64,000 nucleotides of DNA from an uncultured Eubacteriales bacterium (GCA_900316025.1 ONBJ01000003.1:19642-83641); one strand, 5' to 3'; shown: positions 11,977 to 22,323, numbered from the stretch's first letter. The notes: generated from the letters alone by a model not told the origin. A program made the numbers and translations.

Positions 11977-14040
11977 GTGAAAGCATCAAAAAGAATTCCT
12001 GCAGTTTTTCTTGCAGCATTGTTAATAGCAGGAGCGGCAACTCCGGTATCGGCACAGACGGTTTCGGAAAATGCCACGGAAAAAAGCAGTGTATCACAGG
12101 TATCCGCTTTGAAGGATACTGAAAATAAAGTTTCAAAATCAGAAAATTCAGCAGCTTCTGTTTCTGAAAAGGCAACAGAGAGTATAACTGAAGGTGTTGA
12201 TTTGAGCAAAGACGATTCAGAAAAATCTGCCCCCGAACTTTCAAAGGGAATAAAGAATCAAACCATATCTTCAATATCAATTTCAAGTAAGAGTGTAGTT
12301 CTTGAAACCGCTCAGACAAAGCAGATGAGCGTTGAGATTACACCTTCAGATGTAAGACCTGACTGCATTGAATGGCAGAGTACGAATTCAGGTGTGGCAT
12401 CTGTGAGCAATACCGGAGTTGTTACTGCAAACGGAGCAGGTACATGTACCATAAAGGCGATTTCCATGGACGGAAGCAATAAGCTTTCATACTGTTCCGT
12501 AACGGTAACACAGAGGGTTGCCAATTTTGAAATTTCAGGCAGACCTGAAACTATCAAGGTCGGAGAAAAGGCAACTCTTTCCGCTATAGTCGCTCCTTCG
12601 TTCGCAACAAATAAGGTTCTTAAATGGAGCAGCAACAATCCTGATATTGCATCTGTTTCAACAAGAGGAATCGTTACGGCATTGAAAGAAGGTATTGCAA
12701 CAATTACAGCAGTTACTTCTGACGGAAGCAATATTTCAAAAAGCTTTAATCTTAAAGTAGAGCCTTCAACGGAAAAACCTATAAAACAGATTACTTCCAT
12801 AACGCTCAGTTCTATAAGAAAAGTAATAAATCAGGGTGATGATTTTCTCCTCAGCGGTTTAATTCAGCCTGCCGATGCGACAAATACATCACTTACATAT
12901 GTAAGCAGCAATACAAATGTTGCAGATGTTGATTCAAACGGAAGAGTTTACGGAAAATCAAAGGGTACATGTGTTATATATGTATCTTCAAATGACGGCA
13001 GCAAGATAAGAACAGGCTGTGTTGTTACGGTAGATAACAATGTTTTCAGCGTATCTATGGAAAAATCACTTAACTGTCTGAGAGGAAGAAGTGTACCGCT
13101 AAATCCCGTTATAACTCCCGCAGATGCAGATACTTCAAATGTAACATACAGAAGCAGCGACCTCAGTATTGCAACAGTTGACGGAAACGGTGTTATCAGA
13201 GGTATTTCAAACGGCAGTTGTACTATAAACTGTGTGTCAAGGGACGATCTTAAAATTTACGGAAGATGTCATGTTACGGTAACAGAGCCTGTAAGCCTTA
13301 TAAATATTCATGGTGACGGAATTGTTGCACCTAATGAAAGCATAGATCTTACAGCGACAGTATTTCCTTTAACAGCGACAAACAAGAATTTTATCTGGAG
13401 AAGCAGCGATGAAAGCGTTGCAAGAGTAGACCAGAAAGGCAGAGTTTACGGAGTTAAATCCGGAACGGTAATAATAAAATGTATCGCAATAGACGGTTCG
13501 GGTGTGTTCGGAACAAAGGAAATAACTGTTCGTGGAGGTGCAGCTTATGAGCTTGTTTCAGTTGCAAAGCAGCAAGCAGGAAACGGCCCTTCTGAGTACC
13601 GCAAATGGTTCTATGGCTATGATGCTGCCGATATACCTTGGTGTGCGATATTTGTTTCATGGTGTTTCAAACAGATTGACGGCATAAATCTCTACGCTGC
13701 AAAGACAGCAGGTGCAGGCTCTATAGCAAGAGAGAGTATAGCAATGGGACTTGAAGGTGACTGGTTCGAGAGTGAGTTTTCGGATTTAACTACCAAGCCG
13801 CAGGTCGGAGATGTAATAGAGTTTGTATGGAACTATAAGGGAAGATATTCCTCACAGGACAGATACTACAGTGACCATGTAGGTATAGTGTACGATGTTG
13901 ATGATGATTTTGTCTACACTGTAGAGGGTAATGCAGGCGGTGATGATAATGATACAAGTACCGTAAAGCTCAGATCATACAGCAGAAAGAGCGGTGCAAT
14001 AAACGGCTACTACAGACCCAGATGGGCTGACAATGTATAA
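11977..14040 (+). CDS. Secreted protein with five Big_2 Ig-like domains and a C-terminal CHAP peptidoglycan hydrolase domain
   Basis: Signal peptide; five W/Y-x-S-S-N...VA-x-V...G-x-V repeats; PWCAIFVSW, DHVGIV, TVEGN. Confidence 0.85.
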   Translation: MKASKRIPAVFLAALLIAGAATPVSAQTVSENATEKSSVSQVSALKDTENKVSKSENSAASVSEKATESITEGVDLSKDDSEKSAPELSKGIKNQTISSISISSKSVVLETAQTKQMSVEITPSDVRPDCIEWQSTNSGVASVSNTGVVTANGAGTCTIKAISMDGSNKLSYCSVTVTQRVANFEISGRPETIKVGEKATLSAIVAPSFATNKVLKWSSNNPDIASVSTRGIVTALKEGIATITAVTSDGSNISKSFNLKVEPSTEKPIKQITSITLSSIRKVINQGDDFLLSGLIQPADATNTSLTYVSSNTNVADVDSNGRVYGKSKGTCVIYVSSNDGSKIRTGCVVTVDNNVFSVSMEKSLNCLRGRSVPLNPVITPADADTSNVTYRSSDLSIATVDGNGVIRGISNGSCTINCVSRDDLKIYGRCHVTVTEPVSLINIHGDGIVAPNESIDLTATVFPLTATNKNFIWRSSDESVARVDQKGRVYGVKSGTVIIKCIAIDGSGVFGTKEITVRGGAAYELVSVAKQQAGNGPSEYRKWFYGYDAADIPWCAIFVSWCFKQIDGINLYAAKTAGAGSIARESIAMGLEGDWFESEFSDLTTKPQVGDVIEFVWNYKGRYSSQDRYYSDHVGIVYDVDDDFVYTVEGNAGGDDNDTSTVKLRSYSRKSGAINGYYRPRWADNV

Positions 14041-14065
14041 AATAATTTTCGTTCAGCTCATAACC

Positions 14066-14179
14066 GTGGGCGGAGATTGCAGACCACCGTCGGACTTGTC
14101 CGACGGTGCTTTTTTTGGCGATTAATCGCCAAAAAGTTGTCACAAGCCTTGCTTGTGACTGTCTGCAATCTCCGCCCAC
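14066..14179. repeat. Four-way-junction element B2
   Basis: 19-bp outer stem GTGGGCGGAGATTGCAGAC/GTCTGCAATCTCCGCCCAC; hairpins 14085-108, 14112-135, 14139-159. Confidence 0.9.
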
Positions 14180-14224
14180 TTTGTTTGTACTGAAAAACCA
14201 AAAATAAAATTACCAAAAAAGGTA

Positions 14225-14273
14225 TTGATATATTCCACTTGTGGAATTATAATATATTACACAAGTGGAATAT
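14225..14273 (+). promoter_or_regulatory. Promoter of padR operon with inverted-repeat operator
   Basis: TTGATA-17-TATAAT; ATATTCCACTTGTG (14230-43) and CACAAGTGGAATAT (14260-73) are perfect inverted repeats flanking the -10. Confidence 0.7.
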
Positions 14274-14298
14274 GTTGCTTAAAGGGAGTGAGAATTTT

Positions 14299-14859
14299 AT
14301 GTTGAAGCATGGTATACTTGGATTGCTGAACTACGGAAGTATGACAGGATATGATATTATGCTTACGTTCAGAAACTCACTGAATTATTTCTGGAATGCA
14401 CAGACCAGTCAGATATACAGGGAGCTGCAGACTCTGAAGAAAAACGGCTGGGTCAGCGATATGAGCATACATCAGGAAGGAAAGCCTGACAAGAATTTAT
14501 TTTCGATTACCGAAAGCGGTAAGAATGAGCTTAAAAGATGGCTTACCGAAGATGATACGGAATTCAGAATGAGAAATCCGCTGATGATGAAGATATTTTT
14601 CAGAGGTGAGCTGGGGATTGAAGAAAATATAGAATACTTTAAAAAGCTGCTCAATCAGTGTGATGATTTTATGAAGCTAATAGAAAAATCACCGTTTGAC
14701 GTAGATATGTATGAAGGAATGATAGAAAATCCTGAGAAAGCATTATACTGGAAAATGACAGTGGAATTTGGGTTTATGTATTCGCAGATATACAGAGAAT
14801 GGCTGGAAAAGTGCATAAAAGAAATGGAGGAGCTTATCAATGAAAATACTGCTGATTAA
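14299..14859 (+). CDS. PadR family transcriptional regulator
   Basis: ILGLLNYGSMTGYDI, QIYRELQTL, PDKNLFSITESGK; start moved to ATG 14299. Confidence 0.9.
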   Translation: MLKHGILGLLNYGSMTGYDIMLTFRNSLNYFWNAQTSQIYRELQTLKKNGWVSDMSIHQEGKPDKNLFSITESGKNELKRWLTEDDTEFRMRNPLMMKIFFRGELGIEENIEYFKKLLNQCDDFMKLIEKSPFDVDMYEGMIENPEKALYWKMTVEFGFMYSQIYREWLEKCIKEMEELINENTAD

Positions 14860-16453
14860 CGGAAGTCCCAAGGGAAAGAGAAGCAATACATATAAACTCG
14901 CACAGGCATTCAAGGAAGGAATTTCTGAAAAGACGGCTATAGAGTACGAGGAAATATGCGTAAAAGATAAGGAAATAAAGACCTGCTCGGGCTGTTTTTC
15001 GTGCTGGAACAAGACACCAGGAAAATGTGTTGTAAATGATGATATGGAAGAAATTCTTGAAAAGATTTTATGGGCGGATACGGTTATATGGTCATTCGGA
15101 CTTTATTATTTCAATGTACCGGGAAAGCTTAAAATGCTGATAGACAGACAGCTTCCGCTCTCTATGCCTTTTATGGTAAAGGACAGTGAAAGCGGAGGAC
15201 ACAGCTCAAGATATGATATGTCGGGCAAGAGAAACGTTGTAATATCGACCTGCGGTTTTTATACGGCAAAGGGTAATTACGATTCTGTAGATGATATGTT
15301 CAGTCATTTTTGCGGAAAAGACGGCTACGATAAAATATACTGCGGTCAGGGAGAGCTTTTCAGAGTTCCCGAACTTAAAGGAAGAACGGAAGAATATCTT
15401 AACGATGTAAGGTGTGCTGGAAGAGAGTTTGCACAGGGAAAAATATCCGCAGAAACTTCAAAAAGACTTGAAGCCTTGCTGTTCCCGAAAGAAGTATTTG
15501 AAAGTATGGCAGACGCAAGCTGGGGAATAGAGGAAAAGACAGGTATAAAAAGTGACGAAGCCTTTACTTTTACAAAGCAGATGGCGGCACTGTATAACAA
15601 AAATTCATACAGCGGCAAGGATATAGTACTGGAAATGTTCTACACGGATGAGGAAAAAAGGTATCAGATAATTCTTGGAAAAGACGGAAGTAATGTTATA
15701 AAGGAAAATTTCCGTGAATACACAACAAAGATAGAAACTCCATTATCGGTATGGAAAGATATTGCACAGGGTAAAATATCGGGAACTCAGGCATTGATGG
15801 AAAAAAAGTACCGTGTTTCGGGAGATTTTGACATTATGATTAACTGGGAGAAATACTTCGGATACGAAAGCGGCAGTTCAGACGAAAATCGTACACAAAT
15901 TTCGCATAAAGGCGAAAAGAAAAGCAATATGCTTGTTATGCTGTTTCCCTGGATAGTGTTCTGGGTTGCGGTATCTATAGAAAGCTATGTGGGAGCATTA
16001 ATATCGGTTGCAGCGTGTGGAATCCTCAATGTTATTTTTTTCAGAAACAGAAAAACAGTATATGACGTTATATCATATGCGGCGGTAATAATTTTGTCGG
16101 TACTTGTTTTATGGTTGGGAAATGTTTCCGTTATACTGCCTGTATCATATCTTTTGTTCGGTCTTATGTGGAGCGTATCCTGTATTACTAAAATTCCGCT
16201 TACTGCACACTACTCTATGAATGATTACGGCGAAGACAAAGCATTTGAAAATCCGCTTTTTGTAAGAACAAATCTTATACTTACTCTTGCATGGGGAATA
16301 CTGTATATAGCTACAAGTATATGGACATTCTTTTTAATGTCATCACCCATAGCACCGTACATATCTCTGATAAACAATATTTGTCCTATTGTAATGGGTG
16401 TGTTTACAGTATGGTTTCAGCGTTGGTATCCTGCACATTATGCCTCTAAATGA
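14840..16453 (+). CDS. Fusion: iron-sulfur flavoprotein/flavodoxin-like domain + SCP2 lipid-binding domain + multi-TM C-terminus
   Basis: INGSPKG..SNT FMN loop, CSGCFSCWNKTPGKC motif; SCP2-like WKDIAQGKISGTQALMEKKYRVSGD; about 5-6 hydrophobic helices at the end. Confidence 0.75.
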   Translation: MKILLINGSPKGKRSNTYKLAQAFKEGISEKTAIEYEEICVKDKEIKTCSGCFSCWNKTPGKCVVNDDMEEILEKILWADTVIWSFGLYYFNVPGKLKMLIDRQLPLSMPFMVKDSESGGHSSRYDMSGKRNVVISTCGFYTAKGNYDSVDDMFSHFCGKDGYDKIYCGQGELFRVPELKGRTEEYLNDVRCAGREFAQGKISAETSKRLEALLFPKEVFESMADASWGIEEKTGIKSDEAFTFTKQMAALYNKNSYSGKDIVLEMFYTDEEKRYQIILGKDGSNVIKENFREYTTKIETPLSVWKDIAQGKISGTQALMEKKYRVSGDFDIMINWEKYFGYESGSSDENRTQISHKGEKKSNMLVMLFPWIVFWVAVSIESYVGALISVAACGILNVIFFRNRKTVYDVISYAAVIILSVLVLWLGNVSVILPVSYLLFGLMWSVSCITKIPLTAHYSMNDYGEDKAFENPLFVRTNLILTLAWGILYIATSIWTFFLMSSPIAPYISLINNICPIVMGVFTVWFQRWYPAHYASK

Positions 16454-16458
16454 AGAGT

Positions 16459-16545
16459 TTAAGGGTTTCACCCTTAAAAATCCTGACCAAAGGCTCCGCC
16501 TTTGGAAACCGCAAGCCTTTGAAAAGGCTTGACCTAAACTTTATG
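16459..16545 (-). repeat. Repeat family A, copy A2
   Basis: Reverse complement of A1 with one substitution; starts 6 nt after the upstream stop codon. Confidence 0.95.
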
Positions 16546-16613
16546 TTGTCTGATTATTGTTTTTGTGAGTGTACTTATAAATGTTTTTATAGATACACTC
16601 TGTTTTTTGCCTT

Positions 16614-16643
16614 GTATATTTTTCTGATTTCAAGACAAAACTA
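16614..16643 (+). promoter_or_regulatory. Possible SigF (forespore) promoter
   Basis: GTATA-15-GACAAAACTA, one mismatch to B. subtilis SigF consensus GYATA-N15-GGnnAnAHTR. Confidence 0.35.
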
Positions 16644-16676
16644 TCCGTATAAAGATAAATAAATGCGGAGGTCAAA

Positions 16677-17426
16677 ATGAATAACAGAGAACTGGAATAT
16701 GAGCTTACCGAACAGGAACAGCTTAATAAAGTAAAATATACAAAAGGGTTTTATGCGGTATTTGCACTTTGTGTCTGTGCCATAGGAATTGCAGGCTGGT
16801 ATACCTACGCGGACGTAAAAAACTATATGCACCATAACGAATCCCCTGAAATTTCCATAACCGCAAGCGAACCCGTAAATGAACAGGCTGAGGTTAAACT
16901 GTCTGGAATTGAAAAAAATACTACAGAAAATGAAGATGTAAGCGACAATGCGGAAGAAGAAGTTCCGCAGGAAACTCCTACTGTGATAAGTGAGCCTGTT
17001 CGCAGTCAGAGAGTTTGTCCTACAGGTGAAAATAAAAAAATACTTTCGGAATACTCAATGAACAATATGGTATATTTTGAAACCCTGAAGGACTGGCGGC
17101 TTCACAAGGGAACTGATTATGCAGCGGCTCAGGGAGAAGAAGTATTTTCAATATCAGACGGTATTGTTTCGGCTGTCATAAAAAACGAGCTGTACGGTGA
17201 AGGCGTGGAGCTTGAATATAAAAACGGCTTCAAGGCGACATATTACGGTATAAAGCCTGACAGCAATATATCCTTAGGTACACGTATTAAAGCAGGCGAC
17301 GTTGTAGGTACGGTAACGGAAGTACCCTGCGAAAAGAGTTTGCAGTCCCATATTCATCTTGAAATGACTAAGGACAATCAGTACGTAAACCCCGAAACGT
17401 ATCTCAATAATACTGATAATCCCTGA
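16677..17426 (+). CDS. M23 peptidase with N-terminal TM anchor (SpoIIQ-like)
   Basis: One TM, acidic linker, WRLHKGTDY (HxxxD) and HIHLE (HxH) motifs. Confidence 0.75.
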   Translation: MNNRELEYELTEQEQLNKVKYTKGFYAVFALCVCAIGIAGWYTYADVKNYMHHNESPEISITASEPVNEQAEVKLSGIEKNTTENEDVSDNAEEEVPQETPTVISEPVRSQRVCPTGENKKILSEYSMNNMVYFETLKDWRLHKGTDYAAAQGEEVFSISDGIVSAVIKNELYGEGVELEYKNGFKATYYGIKPDSNISLGTRIKAGDVVGTVTEVPCEKSLQSHIHLEMTKDNQYVNPETYLNNTDNP

Positions 17427-17444
17427 TAATTACTACAGAAAAAT

Positions 17445-17530
17445 CATAAAGTTTAGGTCAAGCCTTTTCAAAGGCTTGCGGTTTCCAAAGGCGGAGCCTT
17501 TGGTGGGATTTTCAAGGGCAAAGCCCTTGA
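17445..17530 (+). repeat. Repeat family A, copy A3
   Basis: Identical to A1 over first ~60 bp; third hairpin is the variant TCAAGGGC-AAA-GCCCTTGA. Confidence 0.95.
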
Positions 17531-17535
17531 ACTCA

Positions 17536-17579
17536 AAACCCCATCACTGCTGAAAATAAATTCAGCAGTGATGGGGTTT
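17536..17579. terminator. 19-bp stem between convergent M23 and recX genes
   Basis: AAACCCCATCACTGCTGAA-AATAAA-TTCAGCAGTGATGGGGTTT. Confidence 0.7.
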
Positions 17580-17591
17580 GCTTGAGAAAAT

Positions 17592-18200
17592 TTATAAAAA
17601 ACTGTTTTCTTCCTGAATAGCGTTTTTAATATCGCTCCAGCTCCAGCCAAGTCTTTGCAGGGCTGCTATAGCTCTTTTCTTTACCTTTTCGTCATGTGCA
17701 TAGGTCGGATATTTCTTTGCAAGAACCTGCTGTATCTCGGATACAGGGTCAAATTCAAGATCTTCCTTGATAATCTCTATTATTTCAGGCGAAATTCCCT
17801 TTTCACGAAGCCTGAACTCTATTCCTCTGAGCGACATATGTTTTTTTCGTAAAAGCTCATCTGCATATTTACGTGCATATTCCTCATCGTTGACAAGTCC
17901 TGATTCCTGCATTTTTTCGGCGATTTCCTCTGCCGTTTCAGCGGAATAAGTCCTGCTGAGTTTTTCTTTAAGTTCTTTTTTAGAGTGGTCACGGTATGTG
18001 ATAAGGTTAAGAGCTTTTTCGTTTGCACGCTGTTTTTCAGACTGCTGTATCAGACTATGAAGTTCTTCGTCCGAAATTTCCACACCAGCTTTTATATGGT
18101 TCTTAATCAGCGTCATATTATCAAGAGTTACAGCATATTCACCGTCTATATAAACGGCACTCATAGACCTTTTCCAAGGCTCAACCGAACTTATGAGCAT
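17592..18200 (-). CDS. recX: Regulatory protein RecX
   Basis: ALNLITYRDHSKKEL, GLVNDEEYA, LQRLGWS; directly after recA. Confidence 0.9.
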   Translation of the reverse strand: MLISSVEPWKRSMSAVYIDGEYAVTLDNMTLIKNHIKAGVEISDEELHSLIQQSEKQRANEKALNLITYRDHSKKELKEKLSRTYSAETAEEIAEKMQESGLVNDEEYARKYADELLRKKHMSLRGIEFRLREKGISPEIIEIIKEDLEFDPVSEIQQVLAKKYPTYAHDEKVKKRAIAALQRLGWSWSDIKNAIQEENSFL

Positions 18201-18204
18201 ATTA

Positions 18205-19371
18205 TCAGTCCTCTACCATAATATCTATGTCCTTTGTATCAACAGCAGGTGCCTTAACATCGTCAATATCTATAACAGTTTCTTTCTTAGATGATAAACC
18301 GCCGTCTTTGGCAGCTTTGGAAAGTGAAGAACCGTTTTCCTCGTCAATAGCTTCAAGAACCTTCTGTTCAACTTCCTGAGCAAGCTCCTGATTTTCCATA
18401 AGAAGCTTCTTGATATTATCTCTGCCCTGACCAAGACGCTCTGCACCGTAGGAGAACCATGCACCGCTTTTGTGAATAATATCTCTTTCAACTGCAAGGT
18501 CGAGCAGTTCGCCTGTTCTTGATATGCCTTTGCCGTACATAATATCAAAGTGAGCTTCCTTGAAAGGCGGTGCTATCTTGTTTTTTACAACCTTTGCCTT
18601 TGTTCGTGAGCCGATTATCTCAGTACCGTTTTTGATAGCTTCTTCTTTTCTTACCTCAATTCTTACAGAGGAATAGTATTTCAAAGCACGTCCGCCTGTA
18701 GTTACTTCGGGATTTCCGTATACAACTCCTACTTTTTCTCTGAGCTGATTTATAAATATAGCAACGCAGTTTGACTTTGAAATAGCACCTGCAAGCTTTC
18801 TGAGAGCCTGCGACATAAGTCTTGCGTGCAGACCTACGTGTGAATCACCCATATCGCCGTCAATTTCAGCCTTAGGCACGAGAGCCGCAACGGAGTCCAC
18901 AACTATTACATCAATAGCACCTGAACGTATGAGAGCTTCCGCAATTTCGAGAGCCTGTTCACCAGTATCAGGCTGAGAAACGAGCAAATCGTCAACATTT
19001 ACACCGAGAGCCTTTGCATATACAGGGTCGAGAGCGTGTTCAACATCTATAAAAGCAACGTTTCCGCCCATTTTCTGACCCTCTGCTATACAGTGAAGTG
19101 CAAGTGTGGTTTTTCCTGATGACTCAGGGCCGTATATTTCGATAATTCTTCCCTTAGGCAGACCGCCTATGCCGAGAGCAAGGTCGAGAGTAAGCGAGCC
19201 TGTAGGAACACAGCCTACGTTCATAGCCTGATTTTGTCCCAGACGCATAACCGCACCCTTACCAAACTGCTTTTCAATCTGGCTTATGGCGGTTTCCAGA
19301 GCCTTTGCTCTTTCTTCCGAGCTTTGGTTCAGTTTTATTTTCAAGTCTTTTGCTTTTGATTCCTTAGCCAT
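18205..19371 (-). CDS. recA: Recombinase A
   Basis: [33 protein letters not shown]. Confidence 0.99.
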   Translation of the reverse strand: MAKESKAKDLKIKLNQSSEERAKALETAISQIEKQFGKGAVMRLGQNQAMNVGCVPTGSLTLDLALGIGGLPKGRIIEIYGPESSGKTTLALHCIAEGQKMGGNVAFIDVEHALDPVYAKALGVNVDDLLVSQPDTGEQALEIAEALIRSGAIDVIVVDSVAALVPKAEIDGDMGDSHVGLHARLMSQALRKLAGAISKSNCVAIFINQLREKVGVVYGNPEVTTGGRALKYYSSVRIEVRKEEAIKNGTEIIGSRTKAKVVKNKIAPPFKEAHFDIMYGKGISRTGELLDLAVERDIIHKSGAWFSYGAERLGQGRDNIKKLLMENQELAQEVEQKVLEAIDEENGSSLSKAAKDGGLSSKKETVIDIDDVKAPAVDTKDIDIMVED

Positions 19372-19381
19372 AGTATCCTCC

Positions 19382-19433
19382 TGAAACGAAAATTTGTTTC
19401 ATATATTATAGCCGAATATTGCCCGAAATGCAA
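19382..19433 (-). promoter_or_regulatory. recA promoter with palindrome at the start site (possible LexA box)
   Basis: TTGCAT-17-TATAAT on minus strand; TGAAAC-N8-GTTTCA at 19382-19401. Confidence 0.5.
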
Positions 19434-19474
19434 TATAAAATAAAAAAGTTTAAAAATAAAAGGTGCAGAATAAC

Positions 19475-20041
19475 TTATCCTGCACCCTTCTGGTTTTTAT
19501 TTATAATATTGTCGGCATAATCGAAAAGCTTTGATTTCAGCATAAATGAATATATCATCACGGAAGCGGCAACGGCAAAGAGTGCCTGAACAATATTTCC
19601 GAATACATCTGCCAAAGCTCCGGCATAGCCGTAAATAATCAGCTCAAACAAAAAATATCCTGATACCATAACGATTTCAGCGGCAGCGGAAGCGGAGGCT
19701 GCATTTAAAATTTTAACAGGAGATGTTTTTGTGCAGGCAATTTTTGTAATGAAGTAAACAGTCACCGCCATAAGAGCTTTTACAATGAAGGTAACAGGAG
19801 CATATATAGCGAAGCCTAAGAAAACATCAGCCAGAGCCGAGCCTATACCTGCGGCTAAAGCTCCGTACATAGGGGTGAGCATACAGCCTGACAGAATTAT
19901 AAAGCAGTCGCCGAGATTTACATATCCGCCTGTGGGAAGGGGGACGATAAATACTGTCGTGGCAAGGCATATAAGAGCCGCAGACAAGCCTGAAAATACG
20001 AGCTTCAAGAGATTTGAATTATTTTTATTTATGGATTTCAC
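19475..20041 (-). CDS. ECF transporter S component
   Basis: PLPTGGYVNLGD...GALAAGIGSALAD pattern; start moved to GTG 20041; TTGACA-17-TACAAT promoter at 20110-20082. Confidence 0.8.
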   Translation of the reverse strand: MKSINKNNSNLLKLVFSGLSAALICLATTVFIVPLPTGGYVNLGDCFIILSGCMLTPMYGALAAGIGSALADVFLGFAIYAPVTFIVKALMAVTVYFITKIACTKTSPVKILNAASASAAAEIVMVSGYFLFELIIYGYAGALADVFGNIVQALFAVAASVMIYSFMLKSKLFDYADNIINKNQKGAG

Positions 20042-20158
20042 TGTATAAAAACCTCCCTGTATGTTATAATTGTACGGATAGATTGTATCACTAAAAGAAA
20101 TGCTTGTCAATATACCTATAAGATTAATAGAAATTTAAAGAGGAGATGGCACATATTT

Positions 20159-21091
20159 ATGAAATATGAAAGCAGGGATATTTTCAGGGAAAAGCCGTTT
20201 GTGATATTATTTGCACTTACGGCTGTAACGGCATGGGCGTTTGCGTTTCCGATGATTAAAATCGGGTTTTCTGAATTTGGTATAGGTAATAATGATACAG
20301 GAGCAAAAACACTTTTTGCAGGAATAAGATTTTTTATGGCAGGAGTTATTACCTTGCTTGTATATTTTCTAAAAAAGGGAGAGAAAAAAGCTGTGGATAC
20401 AAACAAAAGAGGAATATTTCTTTTGTTTGTTTTTTCGGTAGTGAATACAACTCTGCATTATTTTTTCTTCTATATCGGACTGTCAAATTTAGCCGGTTCA
20501 CGTTCTGCGATAATAGATTCGCTTGGAACGTTTCTGCTGATAATTTTTGCGTGTATAATATTTAAAAGTGAGCATATGACTCTGAAAAAATTTTTGGGTT
20601 GTCTGCTGGGATTTGGAGGTATTCTTGCGGTAAATCTGAACAAGGACGGAATTGATTTAAGTATGCTGAGCATTGAGGGTGACGGAATGCTTTTTATGAG
20701 TGCATTATGTTCGGCATTCGGCGGAATACTTACAAGAATTGCAACTCAGCGTTACGATGCACTTTTTGCAACAGGAACAAGTCTTGCTTTGGGAGGCTTG
20801 TTTCTTATAATGGCAGGCATTGTATCGGGCGGAGCGTTGAAAACTGTAACTGTCGGCGGAGTGGCTGCCCTGATATTTCTCGTACTTATATCTGCGGTAG
20901 GATTTTCGCTATATAACAGACTGATAAGCTGTAATCCTGTAGGAAAAATTGCAATATTCAATTCATTTATACCTGTTTTGGGAGCAGTGCTTTCCTGTCT
21001 TTTGCTTGGGGAAACATTTCATATAAAGTATATTCCTGCGGCGGTTCTGGTATGTGCAGGAGTATTCATCGTAAACAGGCAGGGGGATTAG
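20159..21091 (+). CDS. DMT/EamA family transporter
   Basis: About 10 TM helices in two repeated halves. Confidence 0.8.
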   Translation: MKYESRDIFREKPFVILFALTAVTAWAFAFPMIKIGFSEFGIGNNDTGAKTLFAGIRFFMAGVITLLVYFLKKGEKKAVDTNKRGIFLLFVFSVVNTTLHYFFFYIGLSNLAGSRSAIIDSLGTFLLIIFACIIFKSEHMTLKKFLGCLLGFGGILAVNLNKDGIDLSMLSIEGDGMLFMSALCSAFGGILTRIATQRYDALFATGTSLALGGLFLIMAGIVSGGALKTVTVGGVAALIFLVLISAVGFSLYNRLISCNPVGKIAIFNSFIPVLGAVLSCLLLGETFHIKYIPAAVLVCAGVFIVNRQGD

Positions 21092-21098
21092 TAAGAAA

Positions 21099-22007
21099 TC
21101 AGGGGATAAATTTGCTTCCCTGAATAATATTTCTGTCCCTCATCGCCTTGTTTATTGTGTTCAGGACAAGCTTTTTATTCCCACTCCACTTTGGAGCTAT
21201 AAGAAGCCTTTTTGCACCGTCACCTGTCAGTCTGTGTATTACCATATGCCGAGGAATAAGCTCTACGCAGTTACATACTATATCTGTATATTTTTCAAGT
21301 GTGAGAACCTCAAATGCTCCGCTTTGGTAAATATCCGCAAGCCTTGTGCTTTTGAGAACGTGAAGAAGCTGAAGCTTTATTCCGTCTGCACCGCTTTTTC
21401 CGACATAGCTCACAGTCTGATACATCATTTCCTCGTTTTCAAACGGAAGTCCGAGTATTACGTGAACTATAACGTTTATATCGGCTGCTTTAAGCTTTTG
21501 CACGGCTTCGTCAAATACGGAAAGCTCATAGCATCGGTTTATAAAGTCTGCGGTTGATTTGTGTACAGTCTGCAATCCAAGCTCTACAAATACAGGCTTT
21601 ACGCTGTCAAGCTTTTTCAGAAGTGACATTATATCGTCACCAAGACAGTCGGGACGGGTTGCTATGGACAATGCAACAATTTTATTATTGTTTAAAGCCT
21701 GTGTGAAAATTCTTTCAAGGTATTCAACAGGAGCATAGGTGTTTGTAAATGACTGAAAGTATGCAATAAATCTGTTTTCCCTGAATTTATCACGCACTCT
21801 CAGAACAGCGGTTTCGATTTGCTCGTCAACTGAAAGAGTGCTTTCGGGAGAAAAATCTCCCGAACCGCTTTCACTGCAAAATATACAGCCGTCTGTGGAT
21901 AGCTTACCGTCCCTGTTCGGACAGCTTGTGCCTGCGTTCAAGGATATTTTGTATACCTTGCCGCCAAACCGTGATTTATAATATTCATTTGCGGAATAAA
22001 AATACAT
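21099..22007 (-). CDS. TIGR01212/YhcC-type radical SAM protein
   Basis: GTSCPNRDG..GCIFC, YFQSFTNTY, IATRPDCL, ELGLQT, KLQLLHVL, HRLTGD. Confidence 0.9.
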   Translation of the reverse strand: MYFYSANEYYKSRFGGKVYKISLNAGTSCPNRDGKLSTDGCIFCSESGSGDFSPESTLSVDEQIETAVLRVRDKFRENRFIAYFQSFTNTYAPVEYLERIFTQALNNNKIVALSIATRPDCLGDDIMSLLKKLDSVKPVFVELGLQTVHKSTADFINRCYELSVFDEAVQKLKAADINVIVHVILGLPFENEEMMYQTVSYVGKSGADGIKLQLLHVLKSTRLADIYQSGAFEVLTLEKYTDIVCNCVELIPRHMVIHRLTGDGAKRLLIAPKWSGNKKLVLNTINKAMRDRNIIQGSKFIP

Positions 22008-22226
22008 ATGCAAGCTTCCTTATTATGTTATTTATGGGTATGAAGTCATATAATTTACAGGTAATTCTGAAAATTATATTAAAAAAATACCTCTGCTGAG
22101 ATATTATAACATACTTATAATTGACTTTGAAGCTGCATTGTGCTAAAATTGTTACATTAAATGCAGGATTGTGTTTTTTAGCTTGTGCGTTAAAATATGA
22201 AAATCCTGCTTTGTGCGGACAATGGG

Positions 22227-22323
22227 GCGATTGCAGCCCGTTTCGGACATCTGTCCGAAACGAACTTTCAAGCCTAGGCTTGAAAGTTGACAAAAGCGTA
22301 AAGCTTTTGTCGGCTGCAATCGC
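22227..22323. repeat. Four-way-junction element B3
   Basis: GCGATTGCAGCC/GGCTGCAATCGC outer stem; abutting hairpins 22239-62, 22263-88, 22289-311. Confidence 0.9.
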
